A stretch of 50,911 nucleotides of DNA from Minisyncoccota bacterium (lineage in GTDB: Bacteria; Patescibacteriota; Minisyncoccia; Phycocordibacterales; XYD1-FULL-46-19), in contig JBAYKU010000004.1 in the NCBI GenBank assembly GCA_041664425.1, positions 1 through 50,911 on the forward strand, read 5' to 3'. The notes under the pieces are model-generated. The model made no database searches. It had not been told where the DNA came from and saw only the letters and a list, made by a program, of their open reading frames with translations. Shown here piece by piece: positions 24,440 through 33,824 of this stretch. Numbering within the stretch: the stretch's first letter is position 1; the number at the start of each line of letters is the position of its first letter. The position numbers and the translations under genes are program-made.

Positions 24440-25570
24440 CTAGTTTCTTCCAACTATCTCACTAATATTCCCATACCCCTCTTTTTTTAGTCGCTCGACG
24501 AGGCCGCGATTGATTTCGCCGATGAGCTGAGGGCCTTCAAAGATCATGCCGGTGATAAGCTGGAGGAGTGAGGCGCCAGCGAGAAAATATTGCCAAGCGT
24601 CGTCGGCATTAAAAATTCCGCCACAGCCAATAATCACAAACTCGTTGCCAGCGAGCCGGCGAATAGTTTTGATTTGATCTAGAGCTAATGATTGGACTGG
24701 TTTACCAGAGAGACTACCTTTTTCGGTTGGCAGTTTGTCTTTAATGGCGTCACTCATCACGGTCCGGTCCTTGGTCAGATTGGTAGAAATAAAACCATCA
24801 ATTTTGTATTTACGGGCTAGTTCAATAATGACTTTAATTTCTGGTTCAGATAGATTGGGCGGCATCTTAATAAAAATCGGTTTGGTTTTGGGGATGACTG
24901 AGATTTTGGTCAAAAGTAAATCTAAACGAACTGGATCAGTAAAAGGTGAACCCCCAAAAGCATTGGGACAGCTGATGTTGATTGTAAAATAATCACCAAT
25001 CCCCGCCTCCATAAAAGTGCGATAAACTTTGAAATAATCATCAATGCCCGCTGTTATTTCAACCGTGTCTGGACTATTGGTCTTGGCCATACTGATGCCG
25101 ACAGGAAAAATAAATTTTCGATTGATCAATTTTTTTGCAACGACAGAAGCCCCGGCATTTTTTAGGCCGTAATGAACGATTAAAGATTGTGACTTTGGTA
25201 GACGCCATAAACGGGGCTTGGGGTTACCTAAACAGGGTTCACCGGTAATTGACCCCACTTCCTCGAAACCGAAGCCCACAGGGGCCAAAATGGCGGTCAG
25301 GCGGGCATCCTTGTCGAAACCAGCCGCTAAACCAACGGGATTTTTGAATTTTAGGCCACGAATCGTCTGTTCGAGCATGGGGTGCTCATAGCCAAAACAC
25401 AGGCTGGTCAGCTGGCGAGTTATCCGATGACGACCTAATTTTTCTCCGACGTCTGTAAACAGATCGTGGATCTTTTCTGGATCAAATTGAAAAAGAATCG
25501 GTTTTAATAAATAACGATAACCAAGGCTTAAAAAAGTATCACGGCCGACCAAGAGAGAATCTTTAATCAT
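24440..25570 (-). CDS. pyrD: dihydroorotate dehydrogenase (class 2, quinone-type)
   Basis: Contains NPVGLAAGFDKD, GFEEVGSITGEP..GNPKPRLWRL and IIGCGGI. Confidence 0.88.
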   Translation of the reverse strand: MIKDSLLVGRDTFLSLGYRYLLKPILFQFDPEKIHDLFTDVGEKLGRHRITRQLTSLCFGYEHPMLEQTIRGLKFKNPVGLAAGFDKDARLTAILAPVGFGFEEVGSITGEPCLGNPKPRLWRLPKSQSLIVHYGLKNAGASVVAKKLINRKFIFPVGISMAKTNSPDTVEITAGIDDYFKVYRTFMEAGIGDYFTINISCPNAFGGSPFTDPVRLDLLLTKISVIPKTKPIFIKMPPNLSEPEIKVIIELARKYKIDGFISTNLTKDRTVMSDAIKDKLPTEKGSLSGKPVQSLALDQIKTIRRLAGNEFVIIGCGGIFNADDAWQYFLAGASLLQLITGMIFEGPQLIGEINRGLVERLKKEGYGNISEIVGRN

Positions 25571-25574
25571 ATAT

Positions 25575-26348
25575 TTAATAGAAGAAAATAAGATAAGCTA
25601 AAATGGCAATAATAATACGATACCAGCCGAAGGCAGTAAAATCATTTTTTTGAATATAGTGAATGAGAAATTTGACGGCCACGAGTGCGACCAAAAAAGA
25701 GACGACGAAACCCACACCGATCAGTTCAAATTGATTGCCGGAAAAAGTCGGGGCGCTTTTATAGAGATCGTAGGCGGTAGCGGCAGCCATAGTGGGAATA
25801 GCCAACAAAAAAGAAAACTCGACTATCGCTTCGCGCTTGATCTTCATGGCGAGGCCACCGATAATCGTCGCCGCCGAGCGTGAGACACCGGGAACGATAG
25901 CGAGCGATTGACAGACACCGAGCCAGGCCGCTTGGCGGTAGCTGATATTTTCTTCCGCCAACTCGCCCACTCCCCGCTTTTGATAATATTTTTCAAACCA
26001 GATTAAAAAGATACCACCGATAAAGAGTGCGCCAATAGTGACGGCTGTGTTGCCAGCCAGAAAACTTTTGAAAATTTTATAGAGAGCAAAACCGATGATA
26101 GTGGTCGGTAAAAAAGCCACCACTACTTTTTGGAAAGTGTCGCGATTGAGAAAAAGCTTGCGCCAAAAGAGCCAGACGACGGCCAGAATGGCCCCGAGCT
26201 GAATGGAAATTTCAAAGGTTGATTGAAAGGTCGTGACTGGTAGCTTCATCAGATGGCTAGCCAAGATCATATGGCCCGTGCTGGAGATGGGTAGAAACTC
26301 GGTCAAACCTTCAATGGCACCTAAAATAATGGCGGAAATAAAATCCAT
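25575..26348 (-). CDS. uppP: undecaprenyl-diphosphatase
   Basis: Contains EGLTEFLPISSTGHM and VPGVSRSAATI, the BacA/UppP signatures. It is a polytopic membrane protein. Confidence 0.9.
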   Translation of the reverse strand: MDFISAIILGAIEGLTEFLPISSTGHMILASHLMKLPVTTFQSTFEISIQLGAILAVVWLFWRKLFLNRDTFQKVVVAFLPTTIIGFALYKIFKSFLAGNTAVTIGALFIGGIFLIWFEKYYQKRGVGELAEENISYRQAAWLGVCQSLAIVPGVSRSAATIIGGLAMKIKREAIVEFSFLLAIPTMAAATAYDLYKSAPTFSGNQFELIGVGFVVSFLVALVAVKFLIHYIQKNDFTAFGWYRIIIAILAYLIFFY

Positions 26349-26352
26349 AGGG

Positions 26353-26880
26353 CTAGTCTAACATAGAGGAAATCAAAAAAACACAGACAATAATTCCGGC
26401 TACGAGCACAAATTGTTTCGTGGCACCAGCGAGTTGGCGTTTTTTGTAGGGACGGTGGTCGGTATGAAAAAAGTCGTGAAGCTTTTGAAACCAGACTAGT
26501 GGTAGGCCGTAGATTTTATTATAAAATTTACTATAAAGAAATTGCAGAAAATCTGGAAGAACACCACCAATAATACCAGCCAAAACAACCAACCAAGAAA
26601 AACCAGCCATGTGGACCAAAAAATAATAAGAAATAATCAAACCCAAGGCAAAATCAAGAGTAATTTTACTTAAATCAGAAATAAACGTGGGTGAGGTGAA
26701 GTTTAAATTAATTTTTTTGATATCATCCTCTGTTTTTTCGCCACCGATCTGATAATCCCAATGAGGAACCATATCGAGTAAATAATGGCTAGCCAAACCG
26801 ACCGCAAAAGCCGTCGCGGGATCGGTAGCTAGTAAACCAGCAAAGGAAGCACCGACAATAGAGTGAGTAGATAGGATCAT
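26353..26880 (-). CDS. membrane-bound metal-dependent hydrolase-like protein (YdjM/DUF457-like)
   Basis: N-terminal His (STHSIVG) and HYLLDMVPHWDY motifs. Multi-pass membrane protein. Confidence 0.45.
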   Translation of the reverse strand: MILSTHSIVGASFAGLLATDPATAFAVGLASHYLLDMVPHWDYQIGGEKTEDDIKKINLNFTSPTFISDLSKITLDFALGLIISYYFLVHMAGFSWLVVLAGIIGGVLPDFLQFLYSKFYNKIYGLPLVWFQKLHDFFHTDHRPYKKRQLAGATKQFVLVAGIIVCVFLISSMLD

Positions 26881-26907
26881 GTTTTTAATTTTACATTATT
26901 GTACTAC

Positions 26908-27738
26908 CTAGCGTGGTAATTCGGCTAGCAATTCATCGCTATTATAAAATTCTTCAGCTAGACCGCCGAAAGTATATTTCTGGCCGCCAACTTCTATTTC
27001 GGCGCCACCGATGGCTGGATTAGGATTGGGTTTAGATTTAACAAAGCCTAAATTAAACAAAGTAGCCAAGACGCCTGGCTGGTGACTGATGTCGACGCCC
27101 GCTTTTTGCCATTGAGCTATCACTTCACGTAAATATAGTCCGGTGTAGAGATAGGAATAATAATGATCGTGTTCATCGGTCAGGCGAGCTAGACGTTCAT
27201 TGTCGGCATTGACTGTGGTCGAAGAAAAATCGAGCAGGTGTTCATAATCAGCCCCCAGATAAAAAGGCGAAGCTGAATCTTGGAGATTGGTTTCGACTTG
27301 TTTGGCTGTCTCATATTTAATACCCGTAACACCGAGAGAAAATTGGGACTGAACCCCGAGAATCGAAAGCGGAGCAAAAACTTGTTTAAAGACTTCTCGT
27401 TCGGAAGTAAAAAGTCTGATTTGTTCGCTGATGATTGTCGTAGCAATCAAACGGGGTGAGAGGCCGGCATCGGTGGCTGCTTTTTGAATCACGGGGGCAT
27501 CTTTGGCTAGGGCTTTTTTGAGAGTGGCCCATTCTTCACTTTTTTGCCAGGCGGATGATATTTGTTTACTGGTAACCTCTGGAGAATAATAGCGACTACG
27601 CCAATCAATCGCCCCTGGCACTTTGGTCCAACCGAAATATTGCGCCAAAAAGCCGGCGGTTAAAATAAAACCAATCAAAGCGAAAACTATTACCAGCGCT
27701 TTAACCAAAGCGGTTAAAATTTTTTTGAATCTAGACAC
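26908..27738 (-). CDS. hypothetical N-terminally anchored extracytoplasmic protein
   Basis: Single N-terminal TM segment ([18 protein letters not shown]). I recognise no catalytic motif with confidence. It overlaps the dnaJ stop by 8 nt. Confidence 0.5.
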   Translation of the reverse strand: MSRFKKILTALVKALVIVFALIGFILTAGFLAQYFGWTKVPGAIDWRSRYYSPEVTSKQISSAWQKSEEWATLKKALAKDAPVIQKAATDAGLSPRLIATTIISEQIRLFTSEREVFKQVFAPLSILGVQSQFSLGVTGIKYETAKQVETNLQDSASPFYLGADYEHLLDFSSTTVNADNERLARLTDEHDHYYSYLYTGLYLREVIAQWQKAGVDISHQPGVLATLFNLGFVKSKPNPNPAIGGAEIEVGGQKYTFGGLAEEFYNSDELLAELPR

Positions 27739-28792
27739 CTTCGTCTTTTAGTTCAGCGATTAATTTTTGAGCTTTTTTCGACAGTTTGCCGGGCATAGTG
27801 ACACTAACCTTGATCAAGAGATCGCCACGGCGACCACCACGCAGAGGCACACCCTTGCCTTTGACTCGCAAGACTTCGCCGTTGTTGGTACCCGCAGGCA
27901 CTTTCAGAGTGAGATCACCTTCGAGTGATTTGAGTGGGTAGTCCAAGCCGAGCAAAGCATCTGAGAGCTTAACTTTAATATCAGTGACGAGGTTGGCTTC
28001 CTCGCGGTGCCAAATCGGATGTTTCTCGACGTGAATTTTAATATACAGATCGCCGGTCGGACCACCAATAATCGCTTCACCCTGGCCAGCTAGACGAATC
28101 ATCTCACCCGGTTCAATACCAGCCGGGACAGCTACAACAATCTCAGCTTGTTTTTTGATCACGCCGTCACTATGACAAGTATGACAAACTTTTTCTGGGA
28201 CTTGGCCAGTGCCATGACATTTCTCACATTCTTTGACGGTAGAAAAAGCGCCGAAAATTGAACGTTGAGATTCTTGAACTTTTCCTTTGCCATTACAGGT
28301 TGAACAAGTTTTGGTTTTGGAACCAGGCTCGGCTCCTGTGCCAGTACAGGTATCACACTGAGCAATTTTATTGATCAGAATTTTTCTTTCAACACCAAAG
28401 ATCGCTTCGGCAAAAGTGACTTGGATATCTACCGAGATGTCACGACCGCGACGCTCTCGACCTCGGCCACCAAAAAAGTCACCAAAGATGCTACCGAGGT
28501 CGAATTCAAAGCCTTGGCCGTTGGCTCCCTGGAAACCAGAGAAATCGAATCCACCAAAAGGACCACCCTGACCACCCGCCTGACTAGGTCCAGCCGAGCC
28601 ATACATATCGTATTGTGATCTTTTTTGATCGTCAGACAGGATTTGGAAGGCCTCGCTAATTTCTTTGAATTTGGTATCGTCACCACCAGTTTTATCCGGA
28701 TGATGCTGGTGCGCCAAATGCCGAAAGGCTTTTTTAATTTCCTCCTTAGACGCTTTTTTATCAACTCCGAGAATTTGGTAGTAGTCTTTCAT
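27731..28792 (-). CDS. dnaJ: molecular chaperone DnaJ
   Basis: J-domain with HPD (HHPDK), a G/F-rich linker, and four CxxCxGxG zinc-finger repeats. Confidence 0.95.
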   Translation of the reverse strand: MKDYYQILGVDKKASKEEIKKAFRHLAHQHHPDKTGGDDTKFKEISEAFQILSDDQKRSQYDMYGSAGPSQAGGQGGPFGGFDFSGFQGANGQGFEFDLGSIFGDFFGGRGRERRGRDISVDIQVTFAEAIFGVERKILINKIAQCDTCTGTGAEPGSKTKTCSTCNGKGKVQESQRSIFGAFSTVKECEKCHGTGQVPEKVCHTCHSDGVIKKQAEIVVAVPAGIEPGEMIRLAGQGEAIIGGPTGDLYIKIHVEKHPIWHREEANLVTDIKVKLSDALLGLDYPLKSLEGDLTLKVPAGTNNGEVLRVKGKGVPLRGGRRGDLLIKVSVTMPGKLSKKAQKLIAELKDEGV

Positions 28793-28812
28793 TATTAATT
28801 TTTAGGAACCAA

Positions 28813-30714
28813 TTAATTTGCCTCAGTATCTTTTACATTTTCTCCTGCACCGGCTTCGCCTTCCTTCTTTTCTTCACCAGGGGTACCAGCTTCAGGTTGA
28901 TTATTCTTCGCCATTTCTTCGCCGATTTTTTGCATTTCTTGTGACAAGACTTGTGAAGCGACATCAATAATACTCTTATCGTCACCATCTTTGGCTTTCT
29001 TTAAAGCCTCCAATTTTTCTTCGATAATGGTTTTGGTTTCAGCACTAATCTTCTCACCATTTTCGCGCAGAGATTTTTCGGCGGTGTAGATGAGTTGGTC
29101 GGCATTATTGCGAGCGTCGATCAATTCGCGTTTTTTCTTGTCTTCTTCGGCATGAATTTCGGCTTCTTTTTTCATTCGTTCAATATCTTCTTTGGATAAG
29201 CTGGTCTTGGCTTCGATGCGAATGGACTGCTCCTTGCCGCTAGTCTTGTCTTTGGCTTTGACTGACAGAATACCATTAGCATCGAGATCGAAAGTCACTT
29301 CGATTTGAGGCAGACCACGGGGAGCTGGTGGAATACCATCGAGAATAAAGCGCCCGAGAGATTTGTTGTCAGCGGCCAGTTCGCGTTCACCTTGGACGAT
29401 ATGGATTTCGACGGAGGTTTGATTATCAGCGGCGGTCGAGAAAGTTTGACTGCGTGAAGTCGGGATAGTGGTATTGCGTTCGATGACTTTAGTCGCTACT
29501 CCGCCCATGGTTTCGATACCCATCGACAAAGGAGTAACATCGAGAAGTAAGACGTCTTTGACATCACCCTGGAAAATACCAGCCTGGACCGCGGCGCCAA
29601 TGGCAACAACTTCGTCTGGGTTGATCGAGCGGTTTGGTTCTTTGCCAAAAAGCTTTTTTACTTCTTCTTGAATTTTCGGCATACGAGTCTGACCACCGAC
29701 GAGAATAATTTCATCAATGTCAGTCAATTTAAAGCCAGAAGCATCGACAGCCCGTTTGGTGATCTCGATCGAACGAGCGATGTACTCGTCGGCTAGTTCT
29801 TCTAGTTTGGCGCGAGTCATTTTTAGAGCCAAGTGGCGAGGACCGGAAGCGTCAGAGGTAATGAACGGAATATTAATTTCTGATTCGGTGACAGTTGAGA
29901 GCTCATGTTTGGCTTTTTCGGCCGCTTCTTTGAGGCGCTGGAGAGCGAGCTCATCTTTTGTAACATCAATCCCCGATTCTTTTTTATATTCTTCGCCAAT
30001 CCAGGCGATGATTTTTTGATCAATGTCTTCACCACCCATGTGCGAGTCGCCATCAGTAGATTTGACCTGAATGCTTTGTTCGCCTTCATCGCCACCGATT
30101 TCTAGGACGGAGACGTCGAAAGTACCGCCACCAAAGTCGTAGACGACCACTTGCTCATCTTTCTTTTTATTGAGACCGTAGGCCAGAGCAGCCGCGGTCG
30201 GCTCGTTGATAATACGACGAACTTTGAAACCAGCAATCTCACCAGCATCTTTTGTCGCTTTGCGTTGAGAGTCGTCAAAGTAGGCCGGGACCGTGATAAC
30301 AGCCTCGTCGATCTTCTCACCGATTTTGGCTTCAGCATCATGTTTGAGTTTGGCGAGGATCATAGCGGAGATTTCTTCGGGACGAGAGTACTTGTCGCCC
30401 ATCATAACTTTGACCCCACCGTCATCAGCGGCTTCAATGGCAAAAGAAACTAGACCTTTATCTTTTTGGACATTAGGATCGCTAAATTTATGACCCATCA
30501 GGCGTTTGATGCCGTGGACAGTATTTTTCGGGTTGGTGATGGCTTGGCGTTTGGCCAAAAGACCAACCAAGCGCTCGCCGGCTTTGGACATAGCGACAAT
30601 AGACGGGGTGGTGCGGACACCCTCGGTATTTTCAATAATTTTCGGCTCACCACCTTCTACGAAGGCCATCGCCGAGTTCGTTGTACCCAAATCAATACCA
30701 AGAATTTTACTCAT
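28813..30714 (-). CDS. dnaK: molecular chaperone DnaK (Hsp70)
   Basis: Contains [19 protein letters not shown] and [11 protein letters not shown]. Length is 633 aa. Confidence 0.97.
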   Translation of the reverse strand: MSKILGIDLGTTNSAMAFVEGGEPKIIENTEGVRTTPSIVAMSKAGERLVGLLAKRQAITNPKNTVHGIKRLMGHKFSDPNVQKDKGLVSFAIEAADDGGVKVMMGDKYSRPEEISAMILAKLKHDAEAKIGEKIDEAVITVPAYFDDSQRKATKDAGEIAGFKVRRIINEPTAAALAYGLNKKKDEQVVVYDFGGGTFDVSVLEIGGDEGEQSIQVKSTDGDSHMGGEDIDQKIIAWIGEEYKKESGIDVTKDELALQRLKEAAEKAKHELSTVTESEINIPFITSDASGPRHLALKMTRAKLEELADEYIARSIEITKRAVDASGFKLTDIDEIILVGGQTRMPKIQEEVKKLFGKEPNRSINPDEVVAIGAAVQAGIFQGDVKDVLLLDVTPLSMGIETMGGVATKVIERNTTIPTSRSQTFSTAADNQTSVEIHIVQGERELAADNKSLGRFILDGIPPAPRGLPQIEVTFDLDANGILSVKAKDKTSGKEQSIRIEAKTSLSKEDIERMKKEAEIHAEEDKKKRELIDARNNADQLIYTAEKSLRENGEKISAETKTIIEEKLEALKKAKDGDDKSIIDVASQVLSQEMQKIGEEMAKNNQPEAGTPGEEKKEGEAGAGENVKDTEAN

Positions 30715-30803
30715 ATTATTTTTTATTTATTACTTAATAATTTTATTAATATTTATTCTTCTTGTCCGCCTAAGTTTTTCTTCCCGCCAAACTTTTAAAA
30801 AAG

Positions 30804-31439
30804 TTAGGTGGGTAAAGAAAAATTTTGGCGGGTTCCTACTTTCACTTGAGCTGGTCGGACAACTTTCCCATTCATGATATAACCTTTCTTTAAAACTTCC
30901 AGCACTTTATCTTCGTCGGCTTCGTTGTCGGTAGTGATCGTAGCTAGACAGTGATGGATTGCCGGATCAAATTTTTCTCCCAGAGGATCGATCGGTTCGA
31001 GGCCATTGTCGCGTAGAATCACTTGGAGCTGGCTGTAGATATACTCGATGCCTTGGCGCCAATTGGCCGGAGCAGCTTCCCAAGCTTCGCGATTGGCCAT
31101 GGCCATATCAAAACTGTCAGCTAGAGGGAGAAGCTCGTGGAGCAGGCCTTCGCGGGCCCACTTGGCTAAATCTTGCTTTTCTTTCTCAGCTTCGCGTTTA
31201 AGATTGACGTAATCAGCTTTGGCTCTCTGCCAGCCAGCTAAGTATTCGGCTCGTTCGGACTGGACTTCTTTTAATTCAGCTCGGAGCTTTTTGAGCTTGT
31301 CACGGAGGTTACCGTCGGTCTCGTCAAATTCAATTTCGCCCGTTTCCTCGACAATATCATCGCTTCCAGACAAAATTGGCTCGTTTTTTAAATCATCCAC
31401 TGGATCGTCTTTTTGTTTTTTAGAAGAATGATTAAGCAT
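30804..31439 (-). CDS. grpE: nucleotide exchange factor GrpE
   Basis: Coiled-coil N-terminus followed by a GrpE core (RAKADYVNLKRE..., GYIMNGKVVRPAQVKV). Positioned upstream of dnaK-dnaJ. Confidence 0.88.
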   Translation of the reverse strand: MLNHSSKKQKDDPVDDLKNEPILSGSDDIVEETGEIEFDETDGNLRDKLKKLRAELKEVQSERAEYLAGWQRAKADYVNLKREAEKEKQDLAKWAREGLLHELLPLADSFDMAMANREAWEAAPANWRQGIEYIYSQLQVILRDNGLEPIDPLGEKFDPAIHHCLATITTDNEADEDKVLEVLKKGYIMNGKVVRPAQVKVGTRQNFSLPT

Positions 31440-31518
31440 GGTAGTGAGTATTATAAATCACAAATAATATATTTCAAGAGCAAAAAAGTCCTTTATTTTC
31501 AATATTTTTTCGCTTTTT

Positions 31519-31541
31519 TGTTCGACATCGGATGTCGAACA
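31519..31541. repeat. REP-like palindrome copy 1: TGTTCGACATC-G-GATGTCGAACA
   Basis: Perfect 11-bp arms. It lies 3 nt beyond the RAYT stop. The central base is G, so its orientation is opposite to copies 2 and 3. Confidence 0.8.
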
Positions 31542-31544
31542 TTC

Positions 31545-32231
31545 TTACTCTAACATAAGATCACTCATTTCATCAACTACTAATGAAGAGTCTATTGATG
31601 TTAGCCAATCTAAGACGTCTTTCTTGTATTCTTCATGGTCACAAATTTGATCAAATAAAATATTTTTATTAATAATATTTTTAAATTGATTATCACCTAG
31701 ATAATCAGACAAACTTGACCAGCGGTATGATTTAGCAAAATCAAAAACTTTTTGACTATTGGCGATATCTTTATCTTTCCATTTTTTTTCAATAATTTCC
31801 ACTGGATTTAAATGAATATAGTGTGGAATGTAAGATAATTGTTCATCTGTTTCCATTAAAACAAATTTATACTTTCCTTGGAACAAAGGACCTACCCGTT
31901 GGTATTTAATATTAAAATATTTTGTATAACCAATTCCTAATTTTTTCATAAATTCAGATAAACCATCTTTAATCAATGGTTTTACTAATAAATGAAAATG
32001 ATTATCCATCAAAACAAAAGCCAAGATTTCTACCAATTTTTTTCTTTTGTCGTTTGTTCGACATCCGATGTCGAACAAACGACAAATATTATCTGTAGGA
32101 TTTAGATCATTAAAAAAATAAAGACACGAAATAAAACGTCGGCGATCATTATCGTTTGTAAAAATTATCCTCTTTTCTACTCCACGATTAAAGACATGGT
32201 AAATTTGATCCCTGTCAGGTTTTTCTCTCAT
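31545..32231 (-). CDS. REP-associated tyrosine (Y1, HUH) transposase of the IS200/RAYT superfamily (start set at MREKPDRDQ)
   Basis: Contains YHVFNRGVEKRIIF, the HUH motif in LMDNHFHLLV, YIHLNPVE and RWSS. It is flanked by inverted copies of a 23-bp palindrome. Confidence 0.75.
   Translation of the reverse strand: MREKPDRDQIYHVFNRGVEKRIIFTNDNDRRRFISCLYFFNDLNPTDNICRLFDIGCRTNDKRKKLVEILAFVLMDNHFHLLVKPLIKDGLSEFMKKLGIGYTKYFNIKYQRVGPLFQGKYKFVLMETDEQLSYIPHYIHLNPVEIIEKKWKDKDIANSQKVFDFAKSYRWSSLSDYLGDNQFKNIINKNILFDQICDHEEYKKDVLDWLTSIDSSLVVDEMSDLMLE
32046..32086. repeat. REP-like palindrome copy 2, extended to 41 nt and located inside the RAYT coding sequence
   Basis: tttGTCGTTTGTTCGACATC-C-GATGTCGAACAAACGACaaa. 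It is translated in frame as ...RLFDIGCRTNDK.... Confidence 0.8.
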
Positions 32232-32259
32232 AGTTATTATCTTATCATAAAAAGATAAA

Positions 32260-32284
32260 ATGTTCGACATCCGATGTCGAACAT
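32260..32284. repeat. REP-like palindrome copy 3: ATGTTCGACATC-C-GATGTCGAACAT
   Basis: Perfect arms. It lies about 30 nt upstream of the RAYT start. Confidence 0.8.
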
Positions 32285-32291
32285 AAAAAAG

Positions 32292-32476
32292 AAAAAAACG
32301 GGGCAATACACCAGCATTAGATACCACAACTCCTCGATATCTAGTGGTCTTTTGCCCCTGACCAAATACTGCCGTACTACTCACCCGGTGTACCCGTTGT
32401 TGCCGGTACACTGCCTACTCGATGGACAATCGAGTTTCCGCTCCCAGGAGCCTGAGGCAAGCATTAGTATTTGGCT
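32292..32476 (-). ncRNA. candidate ~185-nt structured RNA of unknown class ending in a U7 tract
   Basis: A long-range helix pairs 32362-32370 with 32466-32474 (9 bp, perfect). Internal hairpins include CTCGAT..ATCGAG and GTACCGG..CGGGTAC. The 3' domain is closed by GGGGCAA/TTGCCCC (32352-32358 with 32300-32306) and followed by 7 U on the minus strand. The region is GC-rich with no convincing ORF. Confidence 0.35.
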
Positions 32477-32517
32477 GTTGTTATCTTGGCATAAAAATAA
32501 ATAAAAACAAATGAAAA

Positions 32518-32569
32518 CCGCCCGGAAATGAGACGGCCTCCATTGGGGGGGTTCTCATTCATCGGGCGG
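32518..32569 (-). terminator. rho-independent terminator overlapping the last codons of 32559..32873
   Basis: CCGCCCG...TGAGA // TCTCA...CGGGCGG composite stem, followed on the minus strand by TTTTCATTTGTTTTTATTTATTTTT. Confidence 0.65.
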
Positions 32570-32873
32570 CGGGTTGGAGGTTGAGAATGTGAGTTACTCT
32601 CTCTTTCTCAAAACGAATAGCGTGGGTACCCCCATCAACCTCGATTGTCGCTCCGGCGACAGCAACTGTCTCCAAGCCTCTTACTTTGGTAAGTTGAGTA
32701 TCGGGAGTGATGGAAAATCTTCCAGCCTCGATTTGTGAGAAAGAAAAAACTGGTGGAGATCCATTCTGTGTTGTAACAATAATATTCCCAATCAAATCGG
32801 TCGAAAGCCTAACGGCAAAACCAGGACCACTGACATGGCAATTGCACAATTGTACCTCGTTTTCTTTTGACAA
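32559..32873 (-). CDS. hypothetical ~104-aa protein (TTG start preferred: (M)SKENEVQLCNCHVSGPGF...), monocistronic between two terminators
   Basis: The extended SD GAAGGGAGGTGAT lies 7 nt upstream of the TTG at 32873. The track's ATG at 32930 has no SD and abuts the rpsI terminator. The sequence is beta-rich and I recognise no family. Confidence 0.55.
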   Translation of the reverse strand: MSKENEVQLCNCHVSGPGFAVRLSTDLIGNIIVTTQNGSPPVFSFSQIEAGRFSITPDTQLTKVRGLETVAVAGATIEVDGGTHAIRFEKERVTHILNLQPAAR

Positions 32874-32930
32874 ACTAATCACCTCCCTTCGTTGGTGGTT
32901 TACGTTTTTTCCTTTTTTATTAAATACCAA

Positions 32931-32958
32931 AACCGCCCAGCTGGCAAGCTGGGCGGTT
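32931..32958 (-). terminator. terminator downstream of rpsI
   Basis: AACCGCCCAGCT ggca AGCTGGGCGGTT, a 12-bp perfect stem, followed on the minus strand by TTGGTATTTAATAAAAAA. Confidence 0.7.
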
Positions 32959-32972
32959 GGGTAAGATTTAGG

Positions 32973-33380
32973 TTAGCGTTTGGACCACTGTGGGCTCTTG
33001 CGAGCCTTCTTGAGGCCGAATTTGCGGCGTTCCTTGGCGCGAGCGTCGCGAGTGAGGAGCTTAGCTTTCTTGATAGTGGTCTTGTTGTCGGCGTCGAATT
33101 CAACTAAAGCTTGGGCGATACCATGACGGACAGCCTCGGCCTGGGAATGAATACCACCGCCCTTGGCCACAACAGTGATAGTAAATTTTTGAGCAGTTTG
33201 AGAAATAGCAAATGGTTCATTGACCACAGTCTGCATATCAACAGTTGGAAAATACTCTTCGACTGGCTTGTCATTGATTACCACGCTCATTTTAGAAGCA
33301 GGAGTAATGCGAACACGAGCCGAGGAAGTCTTGCGACGTCCCATTTTCTCAATATATCTTTTTTCAGTAGCGGTTGCCAT
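32973..33380 (-). CDS. rpsI: 30S ribosomal protein S9
   Basis: Contains GGGIHSQAEAVRHGIAQAL and a C-terminal ...KARKSPQWSKR. Confidence 0.95.
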   Translation of the reverse strand: MATATEKRYIEKMGRRKTSSARVRITPASKMSVVINDKPVEEYFPTVDMQTVVNEPFAISQTAQKFTITVVAKGGGIHSQAEAVRHGIAQALVEFDADNKTTIKKAKLLTRDARAKERRKFGLKKARKSPQWSKR

Positions 33381-33387
33381 ATATAAA

Positions 33388-33816
33388 TTATTCGCTGATT
33401 TTTAGATTGGTCATCATAATCGAGTGCTGACGGTTGTGTGGCAACATGCCGTGAACCGCTTTGCGCAAAATTTCACGATAACCTTTTTTGGTGACAATTT
33501 GGTTTAAGGTAGGATATTTGTCACCACCCGGCTGATGACTGTGTCGGAAATAAGTTTTCTGGAGAGCTTTCTTTTCGGTAATTTTCATCTTGCTGGCATT
33601 CGTGACAATGACTTTATTGACTGGCTTGAGATGAGGAGTGAAAGAGGCGCTGTTTTTACCACGCAAAAGCATCGCAACCTTAGTGGCCACTCGGCCAATC
33701 GCTTGGTCAGTGGCATCAATAGTAAAAGTTTCAGCTTTAACCACCGGCAAGACCTTTTTGGTCAAGCTGGGCTTTCTTTCGACCTTAACTTCAGTTGTAG
33801 CTACTTTTTTAGGCAT
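33388..33816 (-). CDS. rplM: 50S ribosomal protein L13
   Basis: Contains GRVATKVAMLLRGKN and MLPHN. Positioned directly upstream of rpsI. Confidence 0.93.
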   Translation of the reverse strand: MPKKVATTEVKVERKPSLTKKVLPVVKAETFTIDATDQAIGRVATKVAMLLRGKNSASFTPHLKPVNKVIVTNASKMKITEKKALQKTYFRHSHQPGGDKYPTLNQIVTKKGYREILRKAVHGMLPHNRQHSIMMTNLKISE

Positions 33817-33824
33817 GATATTTT

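Noticed and set aside
28159-30798. Many 60-120-aa ORFs on both strands inside dnaJ and dnaK. Similar ones lie inside trpS (1384..1762), the kinase (9359..10620), rpoA, alaS and leuS.
   Set aside because: They are embedded in, or antisense to, strongly supported conserved genes and have low-complexity translations, typical of GC-richer coding DNA. I see no independent signals.
30783-30830. Hairpin CCCGCCAAA...TTTGGCGGG between grpE and dnaK; considered as an internal terminator or attenuator.
   Set aside because: It overlaps the grpE 3' end, has a 30-nt AT-rich loop and lacks a clean U-tract, so I cannot support a function.
31440-31544. CIRCE/HrcA operator upstream of grpE-dnaK-dnaJ.
   Set aside because: No TTAGCACTC-N9-GAGTGCTAA-like inverted repeat is present. 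The only palindrome there is the REP element.
32232-32411. N-terminal 60-codon extension of the RAYT ORF in the track (MYRQQRVHRVSS...).
   Set aside because: The extension reads through the REP palindrome and into the GC-rich structured region. Its sequence is not protein-like, and homologous Y1 transposases begin near ...YHVFNRG. The start was moved to 32231.
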